Shown: in pieces, positions 8,681-17,158 of the stretch
How the letters are laid out: each line of letters begins with the position of its first letter
Position numbering within the stretch: the stretch's first letter is position 1
NCBI GenBank assembly: GCA_039186435.1
Contig: JBCDAA010000002.1
Span: 2,248 to 66,247, forward strand
Length of the DNA: 64,000 nucleotides
Direction of reading: 5' to 3'
DNA from: Myxococcota bacterium
Lineage (GTDB): Bacteria > Myxococcota_A > Polyangia > Polyangiales > Houyiibacteriaceae
The notes under the pieces: generated by a model
Database searches by the model: none
What the model was told of the DNA's origin: nothing
The model's input: the letters and a program-made list of their open reading frames with translations, nothing else
Position numbers and translations under genes: made by a program

Positions 8681-10810
8681 ATGAGAGCCAACGACCGAAG
8701 CGCGCAACCGGTTGCGCGGCATAGAGCAGTTCTCGCGTTCACCCTGTGGGCGTCTGCGGCTCCGTTCACTTCGGCGCAGGATACGGAAGCGGAAGACGAG
8801 TTCACCCTTGATGAGCCGGGGGAACTCACTCTCGACGACGCTGGGGATATCCAGCTTGAGGGCGACCTTTCGGAGGACATGGATGACCTCATGCTCCGCA
8901 CGGTTGTCGTTACGGGGACGCGACGCGAGCAACCTCTTGAAGACCTTCCCGTCGCGGTTGAGGTCATCACTCAAGAAGAGATCGATCGCTCGGGCGCGGA
9001 GACCCTCGCGGAGCTCCTTGAAGAACGTGCCGGGCTTCAGACCTTCAACGCGTTTCGAGGGCAGGGCGTTCAGCTTCGCGGCCTAGAGCCGGAGCACACC
9101 CTGATTCTTGTTGATGGTGAGCGCACGATTGGCCGCATTGACGGCACCTTGGATCTCACCCGGTGGCAGCTCGAAGATGTCGAGCGGGTTGAGATTGCCC
9201 GTGGCTCGGCGTCCGCGCTTTGGGGAAGCGACGCGCTCGCAGGGGTCATCAACATCATTCCGCGCCGCGGTCAGGAGGGCTGGACCGCGTCGGCAAGAGC
9301 CACGTACGGCTACCAAGATCGGCGTCGAAGCAACCGGCGCTCGAACTTTGAGGGCGGACCGCGTATCGACGACGGAGAGGACCTCCCCGACGACAGCTAC
9401 GGCGGAACCTACGACCTTGTGGGACGCCTCGGGTACGGCACCCAGCGCGCTGGCGGAACGGTTTTCCTTGGCTACCACCGCCTCGACGGCTTTGACCTCG
9501 ACCCGCGCGATGGAGCCACGAACGCGCCGGATACCGAAACGATCACCGCCGGTCTTTCGGGGTGGGCGAAGTTCGGGCCCACAACGCTCCGACTTCGATC
9601 TGAGATCCTCCATCGCGACGACGTTATTTTTGAAGCGCGTGGGCCACGGCTGATCCGCGAGCGTCTCAACCGAACCGACACCGCGAACGTCAGTCTCACC
9701 CCGGTCATCGACTTCGACCGCGGACAGCTCACGATGCGGGTGGCGTACTCCCGTTTCCGCGATCAGTTTCTCCGGCGGATTGTCGGCGAAGAGCAGATCG
9801 ACCCCACGACGATCACCACCGAGCAGCTGGGTCAGCTTCAAGGGCGGTACGTGCACTCGTTTAACGACGCGCACGTTTTCACCATTGGCTACGACACCTC
9901 CCTTGAGACGCTTCGAACGCCTCGCCTTCAGCGCACCGGAACGCGCGCCCGCCTCGCGCCCTATGTTCAGCATGAATGGACTGTGTCGGAGGAGCCCTAC
10001 GTGGCCGTGGTTCCCGGCATTCGTCTCGACGCGGACAGCTGGTTCGGTACGGCCGTCTCGCCAAAGGTCGCGGTACGGGTCGACCCCCACGAGAAGCTCG
10101 TCTTGCGCGCGTCGGGCGGACGAGGCTTTCGTGCACCGGACTTCCGGGAACTTCTGCTTCAGTTCACCGACAACGAGAGCCTCGGCTACATCGTGTTTGG
10201 GAACCCAGACCTAGAGCCCGAGACCAGCTGGAGCGTGGATGGCGGTGCCGAGCTGCGTCTTGGCCGCGCTTGGCTCGGCGTGACCGGGTACGCGACCTAC
10301 GTCGACGACCTCATCACGGTAGACCTCTTCGAGGTGGACGGCGCGGTTTCCCGCTTTGGCTACGTGAATGTCGGAAGCGCACGGACTCGCGGCCTTGAGG
10401 CTCAGGCTCGCTTCGCTCCCCTCCGCGGCGGGGATCATCGTTTTCGCATCGACGCCTCGTACACCTTTCTCGATGCGGACGACCGCACCAACAACCGACC
10501 CCTTCCCGGTCGCGCGCGGCACGCGGGAACGCTTCACCTTCGCTATCAACATCAGCCCTCTGGCATCAGCGCCCTCTGGCGGTCGCGACTCTCGGGCGAG
10601 CGCATCTTCTTCGATGGCGACGAGCGGATTGAGGCGGAGCCCTTTCTCTCGCTGGATCTGCGCCTAGAAAAGAACTTTGCCGGTGACCGGTTCCGTATCT
10701 TCGTCGGCGTCGACAACGTACTCAACAACGGCGGCACGTTTCTCACGACCCGCCCGCGAACATTTTGGTTCGGCGTCGCCGCCCGGCGCCGAGCGGAGGA
10801 ACAAGAATAA
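8681..10810 (+). CDS. TonB-dependent outer-membrane receptor
   Basis: Signal peptide ending AAPFTSAQ, an acidic linker, a plug domain (VVVTGTRREQPLEDLPVAVEVITQEEIDRSGAETLAELL), and a ~550-aa barrel region. Confidence 0.9.
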   Translation: MRANDRSAQPVARHRAVLAFTLWASAAPFTSAQDTEAEDEFTLDEPGELTLDDAGDIQLEGDLSEDMDDLMLRTVVVTGTRREQPLEDLPVAVEVITQEEIDRSGAETLAELLEERAGLQTFNAFRGQGVQLRGLEPEHTLILVDGERTIGRIDGTLDLTRWQLEDVERVEIARGSASALWGSDALAGVINIIPRRGQEGWTASARATYGYQDRRRSNRRSNFEGGPRIDDGEDLPDDSYGGTYDLVGRLGYGTQRAGGTVFLGYHRLDGFDLDPRDGATNAPDTETITAGLSGWAKFGPTTLRLRSEILHRDDVIFEARGPRLIRERLNRTDTANVSLTPVIDFDRGQLTMRVAYSRFRDQFLRRIVGEEQIDPTTITTEQLGQLQGRYVHSFNDAHVFTIGYDTSLETLRTPRLQRTGTRARLAPYVQHEWTVSEEPYVAVVPGIRLDADSWFGTAVSPKVAVRVDPHEKLVLRASGGRGFRAPDFRELLLQFTDNESLGYIVFGNPDLEPETSWSVDGGAELRLGRAWLGVTGYATYVDDLITVDLFEVDGAVSRFGYVNVGSARTRGLEAQARFAPLRGGDHRFRIDASYTFLDADDRTNNRPLPGRARHAGTLHLRYQHQPSGISALWRSRLSGERIFFDGDERIEAEPFLSLDLRLEKNFAGDRFRIFVGVDNVLNNGGTFLTTRPRTFWFGVAARRRAEEQE

Positions 10811-12420
10811 TGCGTCGTTCTCTTTTCTTTTCCCTAGCGCTTCTTCTCGCTTGCGATGATCTCGGCAGCAGCCCGGTCGATTCGGGTGCCGATCCTGACG
10901 CCGGCACGGACGACGCCGGCGAGGTCGATGCCGGTGCGAGCGAACCGGTGCAGCACACCGACATCGGCAACGGCGTTACCGAGACCCTCGTCGACGGGAC
11001 CGACACGCGGCGTTGGCTGGCTCTCGATCTCGACAACGGCGGCGCTGTTCTCGATGTGAGCATCACCGAGGACACCGCGTGGGATCTTGCGATTCAGCGC
11101 TTCGCGTATCGCACGAACGGCGGCGCGGGAGGTCCCGGCAACGTGCGGGTCGCGTTCCGGGACGACGTGACCTTCGAGGCGGCGACCCAGGCTCCCGAGG
11201 TGGGCTGGACGCAGGATCAGCCCGCTGAGGATTCGATGATCCCGGACGATGTTCCGATGGGCGAAGAGGTCCCCACCACGGTCATCTCCCACGGTGAAGA
11301 TCCGTGGTTCAACTACAACCCGATGACGCACGTGCTGACGCCGAAGGAGCGTGTCTACTTCATCGAAACGAGTGACCGAGCCTACGTTGCGCTTCAGCCG
11401 GTCGACTACTACTCGCCGGAGACGGGGGACTCGGGGTATCCCGCGTTCCGCTGGAAGATGGTCGACGCGCCGGACGGCGTGCTGCCGGGCTTTGATGTCG
11501 ATGCCTCCTCGCGTGACACCTGGGTCTACCTGAACCTCAGTGGGGAGGTCGTCACCGTCGAGAACGAGGCGACTGACCCGTGGGATCTTGCGATCCAGCG
11601 CACGGCGATTCGCACGAACGGTGGTGTGAGCGGCCCGGGGGTTGGCGGTGCTCGCGAGGCGACCGAGACCTGGGAAGTCCTCACGGAGACCACAACCGTG
11701 GGCTTTGTCGAAGACTCCCTTCTTCCGCTTCCCGGCCCTCCAGGATCTGGCGAGGCGCCCGGAAACTCCGCGCTGGCGACCTGGTTCGACTACGAGGAGT
11801 CCACGCGAACCGTTTCGGCGCGAGCGAACGCGGCGTTCGTTGTACGAGGTGCCGCGGGCGGCTACAGCAAGCTTCGCGTCCTCGCCTGGGACGACGGCGT
11901 GTACCGTCTCGAGATCGAGCCGATTGCGCGCGTGGTCGACACCCGCAGCGCAAGTATCGACGCATCGTCGACCGACGTGTGGGCGTACTTCAGCTTCCGG
12001 CAGGGCGAGCTCGTCGAGGTTTCGAGCGCGTCGGATGACCCGTCCTGGGACATCGGCTTTCAACGCACCGCGATCACGACGAACGGTGGAACGAGCGGCG
12101 AAGGGGAAGGTGCGTCCTACGAGGCGAGCGCCGCGTTTGATGAGATCGATGCAGTGGACGGAGAGTTTCTCGTCGACGAAGACCTGCCTCTGCCCGGACC
12201 GCCGGGGAGCGGAACGTTCTCCGGAAACCCCGCCCTCAACACCTGGTTCGACTACAACGAAAGCACCCGCGAAGTGAGCGTGCGCGACACGGCCTTTGTG
12301 GTCCGCACGGCGGATGGCGGTTTCGTCAAGCTCCAGGTAGAAGCCTGGGACGACGGTAACTACACGCTTCGCTGGGCCTACGCGGGCGCGGGCGGAGCTC
12401 GCTTCGGAGACGACGAATGA
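10810..12420 (+). CDS. lipoprotein with three tandem HmuY-like domains
   Basis: The ATG overlaps the receptor stop (TAATG). Lipobox LALLLACDD. Three repeats each carry WD(L/I)(A/G)(I/F)QR-x4-TNGG-x-(G/S)G-x-G and a later ...KL(R/Q)V(L/E)AWDDG... strand, the pattern I associate with the HmuY family. Confidence 0.65.
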   Translation: MRRSLFFSLALLLACDDLGSSPVDSGADPDAGTDDAGEVDAGASEPVQHTDIGNGVTETLVDGTDTRRWLALDLDNGGAVLDVSITEDTAWDLAIQRFAYRTNGGAGGPGNVRVAFRDDVTFEAATQAPEVGWTQDQPAEDSMIPDDVPMGEEVPTTVISHGEDPWFNYNPMTHVLTPKERVYFIETSDRAYVALQPVDYYSPETGDSGYPAFRWKMVDAPDGVLPGFDVDASSRDTWVYLNLSGEVVTVENEATDPWDLAIQRTAIRTNGGVSGPGVGGAREATETWEVLTETTTVGFVEDSLLPLPGPPGSGEAPGNSALATWFDYEESTRTVSARANAAFVVRGAAGGYSKLRVLAWDDGVYRLEIEPIARVVDTRSASIDASSTDVWAYFSFRQGELVEVSSASDDPSWDIGFQRTAITTNGGTSGEGEGASYEASAAFDEIDAVDGEFLVDEDLPLPGPPGSGTFSGNPALNTWFDYNESTREVSVRDTAFVVRTADGGFVKLQVEAWDDGNYTLRWAYAGAGGARFGDDE

Positions 12421-14429
12421 ATCGTACCCTTGCCCTTTGCGTACTCCTCGGTTGTGGCGGATCGCCTTCGCCATCGGCCTCGACGCCGACGACGACCGAG
12501 CCCTCGGTGACGGTAGAAGACACCCCTGCAGAAGAAACGGCACAGATGATCGCTGCGGCGGATGTCGTGGTTGATGGCGGCTTGCCGCTACTCCCTCGTG
12601 GGCTGACCAGCTTTGGCCTCGCCGAGCACGAGGGCGCGCTCTACCTCCTTGGAGGCTTCTTTGGTGAGCCCCATCGCTACGTCGCAGAGGACCAGTCGGC
12701 GGCGCTGTACGTCCTGCGTCCCGGGATGCGCGAATGGGAAGAGGGACCCGGTCTCGATCGAGGGATGCAGAGCGTTGCTCTCGTCAACGTGCAAAACGCG
12801 CTTCACCGCATTGGCGGTATGCAGGTTCGTGACGGTGGGCTTCACTCGGTTGCGGAGCACGCGCGCCTCGACCCCGCGGCCGGTCGATGGACGACTCTTC
12901 CTGCGCTTCCGGAGCCGCGTTCGTCCCACGACGCCATTGCTCACGGCGACTCGCTTTGGGTGGTGGGTGGATGGCGCCTGTCCGGTGCGCCGCGCGAAGG
13001 AACGTTCGCAGAGACAGCGCTCCGCTTTGATGGCGAGACCTGGCATGCGACGCCGGCTCCCCTTCGGCGTCGAGCCCTTGGACTCGCGGCCACCGAGAAT
13101 CATCTCGTTGCGGTCGGCGGGCTCGCCGCAGAAGGCGTCTCTCAGCAGGTCGACATTCTCGACGTGAGCACGGGCGAGTGGTCTCGCGGCCCCGATCTGC
13201 CCGGAAACCGCACGGGTTTTGGCATCGCGGTGGTGGGCGTCGGCGACTCGGTGTACGCGAGCGGCTTCGACGGTGTTCTTCGTCGACTACGCGTCGGTGC
13301 GGACGCCTGGGAAGACGTCGGAACCATCGCCTTTCCGCGGTTCTTTCACCGCATGGTTCACGTCGATGGAGGCTTCGCGGTCGTGGGCGGGATCGGAGGA
13401 ATGCACACTTCCGGCCGAACCCGCGTGGTGGAGACCGTCCCCGATTCCGGCGGAGGCGCGCTGACGATCGCGGTGCCTTGGGACGCGGAAGCGAAGAACC
13501 GTCAGGGAACCTTCCTCGCCGGCGATCACCTCTACTTCTTCGGCGGCAACAACAGCCTCGGGCAGCATGACTTCGAGGTGGAGAACTTCGTGCGCGAAGG
13601 ATGGCGGCTCCACGTGCCCTCGCTCTCCTTCGAGCAGGTCGCGGATTATCCGGCGGCGCGCCAGACGATGACGACTCTTGTCGTCCCCTCCGAAGACCCG
13701 CGGGAAGAGCCGACGGTGATCTCGCTGGCGGGCTTCGGTCACGAGGGTCCGACGGCCGGGGAAGAGACCGTCGCGAAAACGCACCCGGAAATCTTTCGCT
13801 ACAGCGTGTCGGAGAACGCCTGGAGTCCGATGCCTTCGCTTCCGGTTTCGCGCAGTCAGCTCGGCGCGTTCTTTCACAACGGTGACCTCGTCGTGATGGG
13901 CGGCCTCGACTACGACCCGACCCGTCCGGAAAACGACCAGTTCCGCCATCTCACGGAGATCGTGTCGCTTACCGCGAACGGGACGGAGTTCCAGACGCTT
14001 GAGCAGGCCCTTCCCGGGCCGCGACGTGCCTTTGGCGGCGCCTACCTCAACGGGCGCTACTACCTGATCGGCGGCATGCGCGAAGGGTTTCAGCTCGTGG
14101 ATGGCTGCGTTGCCTTCGATCCCGCCGAGTCATCGTTCGACGAGGTCGCCTGTCCTCAGCGCACCCGTCTGAACCCGCGCCTCGTGGCGGTCGGCGAGCA
14201 ACTCGTCCTCGTGGGTGGTACCACGCGGCTCGAAAACGGTGAGCTTGGGGAGGACCGCAGCATCGAGGTGTACAACCCCGCGACCAATCGCTGGCGAGCT
14301 CTCGAGACGGAGCTTCCGTTCACGCCCAAGCATGCGCAGGCTTTCGACTATCACGGTGGTCTGCTCGTGGTTTCGACTCACAACGACGAGCGGCGTCTGC
14401 GACTCGCGTTCATTCCGGTGGCCGAGTGA
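12417..14429 (+). CDS. Kelch-repeat (probably double beta-propeller) lipoprotein
   Basis: ATGA overlap with the upstream gene. Lipobox LCVLLGCGG. About twelve blade signatures, including LYLLGGF, LHRIGGM, LWVVGGW, LVAVGGL, FAVVGGI, LYFFGGN, LVVMGGL, YYLIGGM and LVLVGGT. Confidence 0.75.
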   Translation: MNRTLALCVLLGCGGSPSPSASTPTTTEPSVTVEDTPAEETAQMIAAADVVVDGGLPLLPRGLTSFGLAEHEGALYLLGGFFGEPHRYVAEDQSAALYVLRPGMREWEEGPGLDRGMQSVALVNVQNALHRIGGMQVRDGGLHSVAEHARLDPAAGRWTTLPALPEPRSSHDAIAHGDSLWVVGGWRLSGAPREGTFAETALRFDGETWHATPAPLRRRALGLAATENHLVAVGGLAAEGVSQQVDILDVSTGEWSRGPDLPGNRTGFGIAVVGVGDSVYASGFDGVLRRLRVGADAWEDVGTIAFPRFFHRMVHVDGGFAVVGGIGGMHTSGRTRVVETVPDSGGGALTIAVPWDAEAKNRQGTFLAGDHLYFFGGNNSLGQHDFEVENFVREGWRLHVPSLSFEQVADYPAARQTMTTLVVPSEDPREEPTVISLAGFGHEGPTAGEETVAKTHPEIFRYSVSENAWSPMPSLPVSRSQLGAFFHNGDLVVMGGLDYDPTRPENDQFRHLTEIVSLTANGTEFQTLEQALPGPRRAFGGAYLNGRYYLIGGMREGFQLVDGCVAFDPAESSFDEVACPQRTRLNPRLVAVGEQLVLVGGTTRLENGELGEDRSIEVYNPATNRWRALETELPFTPKHAQAFDYHGGLLVVSTHNDERRLRLAFIPVAE

Positions 14430-14788
14430 TGCGAAACGCTCGCGCCCACGATCCAAACGGTCGCCGTGTCGTCCACCGACACGGCTCATGGGAAGTGCGC
14501 GCGGGCGTCGACCTTCAGCTGTGGGATCCGGAGCGAGAGGTTTCGCTCTTGCTTCCCTCCCCTTACGTCGCGGAGTTCTTCGAGCTTCTCACCCCGACCG
14601 GGTGGCCTCTTGAGATCCACGACTACGGGGTCCTTGTTCATCTCGCCGAGTCGCGCTTTCAGATCACGCTCCCGCCTTGGGCTCACCTTCGCGCGTGGCT
14701 CCGTTGGCACATTCGTACCGCGAGGATCTCATGCGAACGCGCAGAACTCGCATCGGTCCACCTGCTTCAACCCTCGGCTCTTCGATGA
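14429..14788 (+). CDS. small conserved hypothetical protein (paralog of 50353-50688)
   Basis: The ATG overlaps the Kelch stop (TGATG). Shares HDP(N/G), (S/P)WE(V/L)R, (L/I)LLPSP and WLRW segments, in the same order, with the product of 50353-50688. No signal peptide. Confidence 0.6.
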   Translation: MRNARAHDPNGRRVVHRHGSWEVRAGVDLQLWDPEREVSLLLPSPYVAEFFELLTPTGWPLEIHDYGVLVHLAESRFQITLPPWAHLRAWLRWHIRTARISCERAELASVHLLQPSALR

Positions 14789-16299
14789 CCGATCAGGAGC
14801 ACCAAGAGCAAGAGAGCGCTCTCGCCCCCTCCGGCGCTGCTGCACCCGCAGCCGCCGTCGGACGTTGGTGTCCCCGCATCCGTCGCCCCGGCGTCCTCGG
14901 CTGCCCCGGCGTCCTCGGCTGCCCCAGCGTCGTCTTCTGCCCCAGCGTCGGGTCCGACGCCGGCATCTTCGGGTTCAGGAATTCCCGCAAGGCGTCGAAG
15001 GGCGGGCGCAGGCTGAACGAGGCCAAAACCGTAGAGGTCATCGTGGCCCGTCGCGTCCGGCGTCGCGAAGAACGACTGGGCCGCAGTTTCGTTGAGCAGC
15101 GTTCCGATCTCGGCGCTTGTCACGCTGGGGTCGAGACTGATCAGCAGCCCCGCGATGCCTGCCACGATCGGGCAGGCCGACGATGTGCCCCCGAAAGTCG
15201 AGGTGTAGTCGTCCGGGGAAGCGCCGTCTGGCCCGGCGATGTCGGCCGTGTTCGTTCCCGTCGGAGCGACCACATCCACCGCGTCGCCGAGGTTGCTGAA
15301 CTGCACACCCTCGTCGAAGTTGTTCGTCCCCCCCACGCCGATCACACCATCGACCGCCGCGAGTTCGTTGGCCGCGACGACTCGGCTCTCGTTTCCGATC
15401 GCAAACACAACGACTCCCCCAAGGCCGTCGCGTCCTTCGGCGATCACGGTTTCGATGATCGCGCCGAGCGCCGGCGGAACAGGGATCGGATCCCGAAATC
15501 CCCAGCTGTTCGAGACGATGTCCGCGTCGACGTCCAAGGCGAATTCGAAGGCTCGAACATCCGCGGAGAGCGGCACGGCCTCGCCGGTTCCGGTAAGGAG
15601 GCGCACGCAGCGAAGCCGGCACTCGGGGCAGCTTCCTGCGACACCGAGGTTGTTGCTCGTGGACGCGGCGACCAGTCCGGCGCACGCCGTACCGTGTTCG
15701 TTGCTTCGCGTTTCCGGCCGGTACGTGGGATCCATGTCGCTGTCGACGACGTCGAGGCCCGAGTCCATTTTCTCGACCAGGTCCGGGTGGGTCAGATCAC
15801 ATCCGTTGTCGACAACGACGATGTTGACCTCGGGGTCGCCGTCCTCGATCGCCCAGGCCTCTTCCATATCCAGTCGGTCGTAGAACCACTGACCCGAGTA
15901 TCGCGGGTCGTTGGGCGGCAGCTCGACATCGTGCAGGATGTGGGGAATCTGAATGTCCGGCATGACGCTTCGCAGCCGTCCCGACCGAACGTGGTGAGCA
16001 AGGCGAAGGGCGAGGTCGAGACCGTCTTCGTTCGTTCGGGTGCTGACGACCCGAAGGAGTGCGAGTCGTTCCGAAGCGACGGTGACGACACGGACCTCGA
16101 GGTCGTTGATCGCGTCGTTTCGGTCGTGGAGCCAAAGGAGCGCGTGCGCGTCCACGCCGACGGGGTGACCGTCCCAGCGAAGGCCGCTCGGGGTGCGCTC
16201 CACTTTGACGTACTTCTCGCCATCGTAGAGCGACTGCGCACTCGCTACGTTGGTGAGCAGCGTGCTTGCGAGCACCAGGCCCTTTAGGATTTTTCGCAT
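14767..16299 (-). CDS. secreted subtilisin-like serine protease (S8) with MYXO-CTERM-type tail
   Basis: ATG 16299 gives signal MRKILKGLVLASTLLTNVASAQ. Triad contexts are VVVDNGCDLTHPDL, HGTACAG and GGTSSACPIVAG. The C-terminus is GGCGCSSAGGGESALLLLVLLIGHRR. Confidence 0.85.
   Translation of the reverse strand: MRKILKGLVLASTLLTNVASAQSLYDGEKYVKVERTPSGLRWDGHPVGVDAHALLWLHDRNDAINDLEVRVVTVASERLALLRVVSTRTNEDGLDLALRLAHHVRSGRLRSVMPDIQIPHILHDVELPPNDPRYSGQWFYDRLDMEEAWAIEDGDPEVNIVVVDNGCDLTHPDLVEKMDSGLDVVDSDMDPTYRPETRSNEHGTACAGLVAASTSNNLGVAGSCPECRLRCVRLLTGTGEAVPLSADVRAFEFALDVDADIVSNSWGFRDPIPVPPALGAIIETVIAEGRDGLGGVVVFAIGNESRVVAANELAAVDGVIGVGGTNNFDEGVQFSNLGDAVDVVAPTGTNTADIAGPDGASPDDYTSTFGGTSSACPIVAGIAGLLISLDPSVTSAEIGTLLNETAAQSFFATPDATGHDDLYGFGLVQPAPALRRLAGIPEPEDAGVGPDAGAEDDAGAAEDAGAAEDAGATDAGTPTSDGGCGCSSAGGGESALLLLVLLIGHRRAEG
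14886..14957. repeat. 18-bp tandem repeat (2 exact + 2 diverged units) encoding the (AAEDAG)n linker of the S8 protease
   Basis: ccccggcgtcctcggctg occurs twice, followed by ccccagcgtc... units. Confidence 0.8.
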
Positions 16300-16308
16300 C
16301 CCTAAGTT

Positions 16309-16327
16309 GATATTGACTTCCAATTTC
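16309..16327. promoter_or_regulatory. Fur-like box GATATTGACTTCCAATTTC
   Basis: 12/19 to GATAATGATAATCATTATC. An AT-rich island in the 40-bp divergent gap between the S8 protease and the HmuY-like operon. Confidence 0.5.
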
Positions 16328-16339
16328 GAAAGCAACCCG

Positions 16340-17140
16340 ATGAAGTACTTACTCACTCTCACACTCACGCTCAGTTTTGCCTGTGGCGATGATGACGGAA
16401 CTGATTTCGACGCCGGTGGCGGAACAGACGCGGGCGTGGACAGCGGCATGGTCGACACGGGCGTTGATGCAGCCCCGGAGGTTCGGTGCGAACCCACCTC
16501 GTCGGCATGTGTAGATGAGCAAATCGTTCAACTCGGCCTCTTTGACAACATTGCAGAAGGCGGCATCGAAAACGAGGACCTCGGCACGCACTGGCGGACG
16601 CGCATCGACGCGCGAGGTGGCGGGTTCATGACGTCGCAGTCCTACCTCTACCTGCGCTTCACGGACGGCGGGGCGGAGAAGCTGGAGCTCTCCGATGAGA
16701 CCGCGTTCGACTCGGGCGACTGGGACATGGCGTTTCGGCGCTTTGTGATGCGGCTCAACAGCGGCGTTTCCGGTCCCTCGTGTGTGGCCGCGGGCCGCAC
16801 CGCAGCGGACACCGACTTTGACACGTTGGCCGCGGTTCCAGACGGCCTCGCGTTCCGCACGGAGGAATACTACTCCACGCCGGACTGCAGCGTGGTTCCC
16901 GACGGATCCGGGCTCGGGAGTCCAGGCACCGCGCTGGCGAGCTACTGGACCTACCGCAGCTGTGTCGAAATGACCGGCAACGTTTACGTGGTTCAGCTCC
17001 CGTCGGGTCGTCACATCAAGCTCGAGGTCGAGACGTACTACACGCCGGAAGTTCAGGTCGCCTGCGACCGTGACGGGATGCTTCCGCCGGGACCTTCCGG
17101 CTCGGGCAACGTGCAGATCCTCTGGGCCTTCATCGACTGA
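16340..17140 (+). CDS. single-domain HmuY-like lipoprotein
   Basis: ATG 16340 gives MKYLLTLTLTLSFACGDDDG. Contains WDMAFRRFVMRLNSGVSGPS and a later YVVQLPSGRHIKLEVETYY strand, parallel to the repeats of 10810-12420. Confidence 0.6.
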   Translation: MKYLLTLTLTLSFACGDDDGTDFDAGGGTDAGVDSGMVDTGVDAAPEVRCEPTSSACVDEQIVQLGLFDNIAEGGIENEDLGTHWRTRIDARGGGFMTSQSYLYLRFTDGGAEKLELSDETAFDSGDWDMAFRRFVMRLNSGVSGPSCVAAGRTAADTDFDTLAAVPDGLAFRTEEYYSTPDCSVVPDGSGLGSPGTALASYWTYRSCVEMTGNVYVVQLPSGRHIKLEVETYYTPEVQVACDRDGMLPPGPSGSGNVQILWAFID

Positions 17141-17158
17141 ACCTTCATCGACTGAACC

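Noticed and set aside
8345-8974. Minus-strand ORFs 8345-8974 and 8440-8970 in the receptor upstream region
   Set aside because: They are Arg/Ser-rich and overlap both the receptor 5' end and the small plus-strand ORF. No start context or motif supports them.
10834-12543. Large antisense ORFs opposite confident genes (for example 10834-12543, 16349-17884, 22643-23740, 44329-45462, 45312-46331, 57198-58457, 61355-62593)
   Set aside because: They are Arg/Pro/Gly-rich with no motifs. They mirror genes that have clear domain signatures on the other strand. These are typical shadow ORFs of high-GC DNA.
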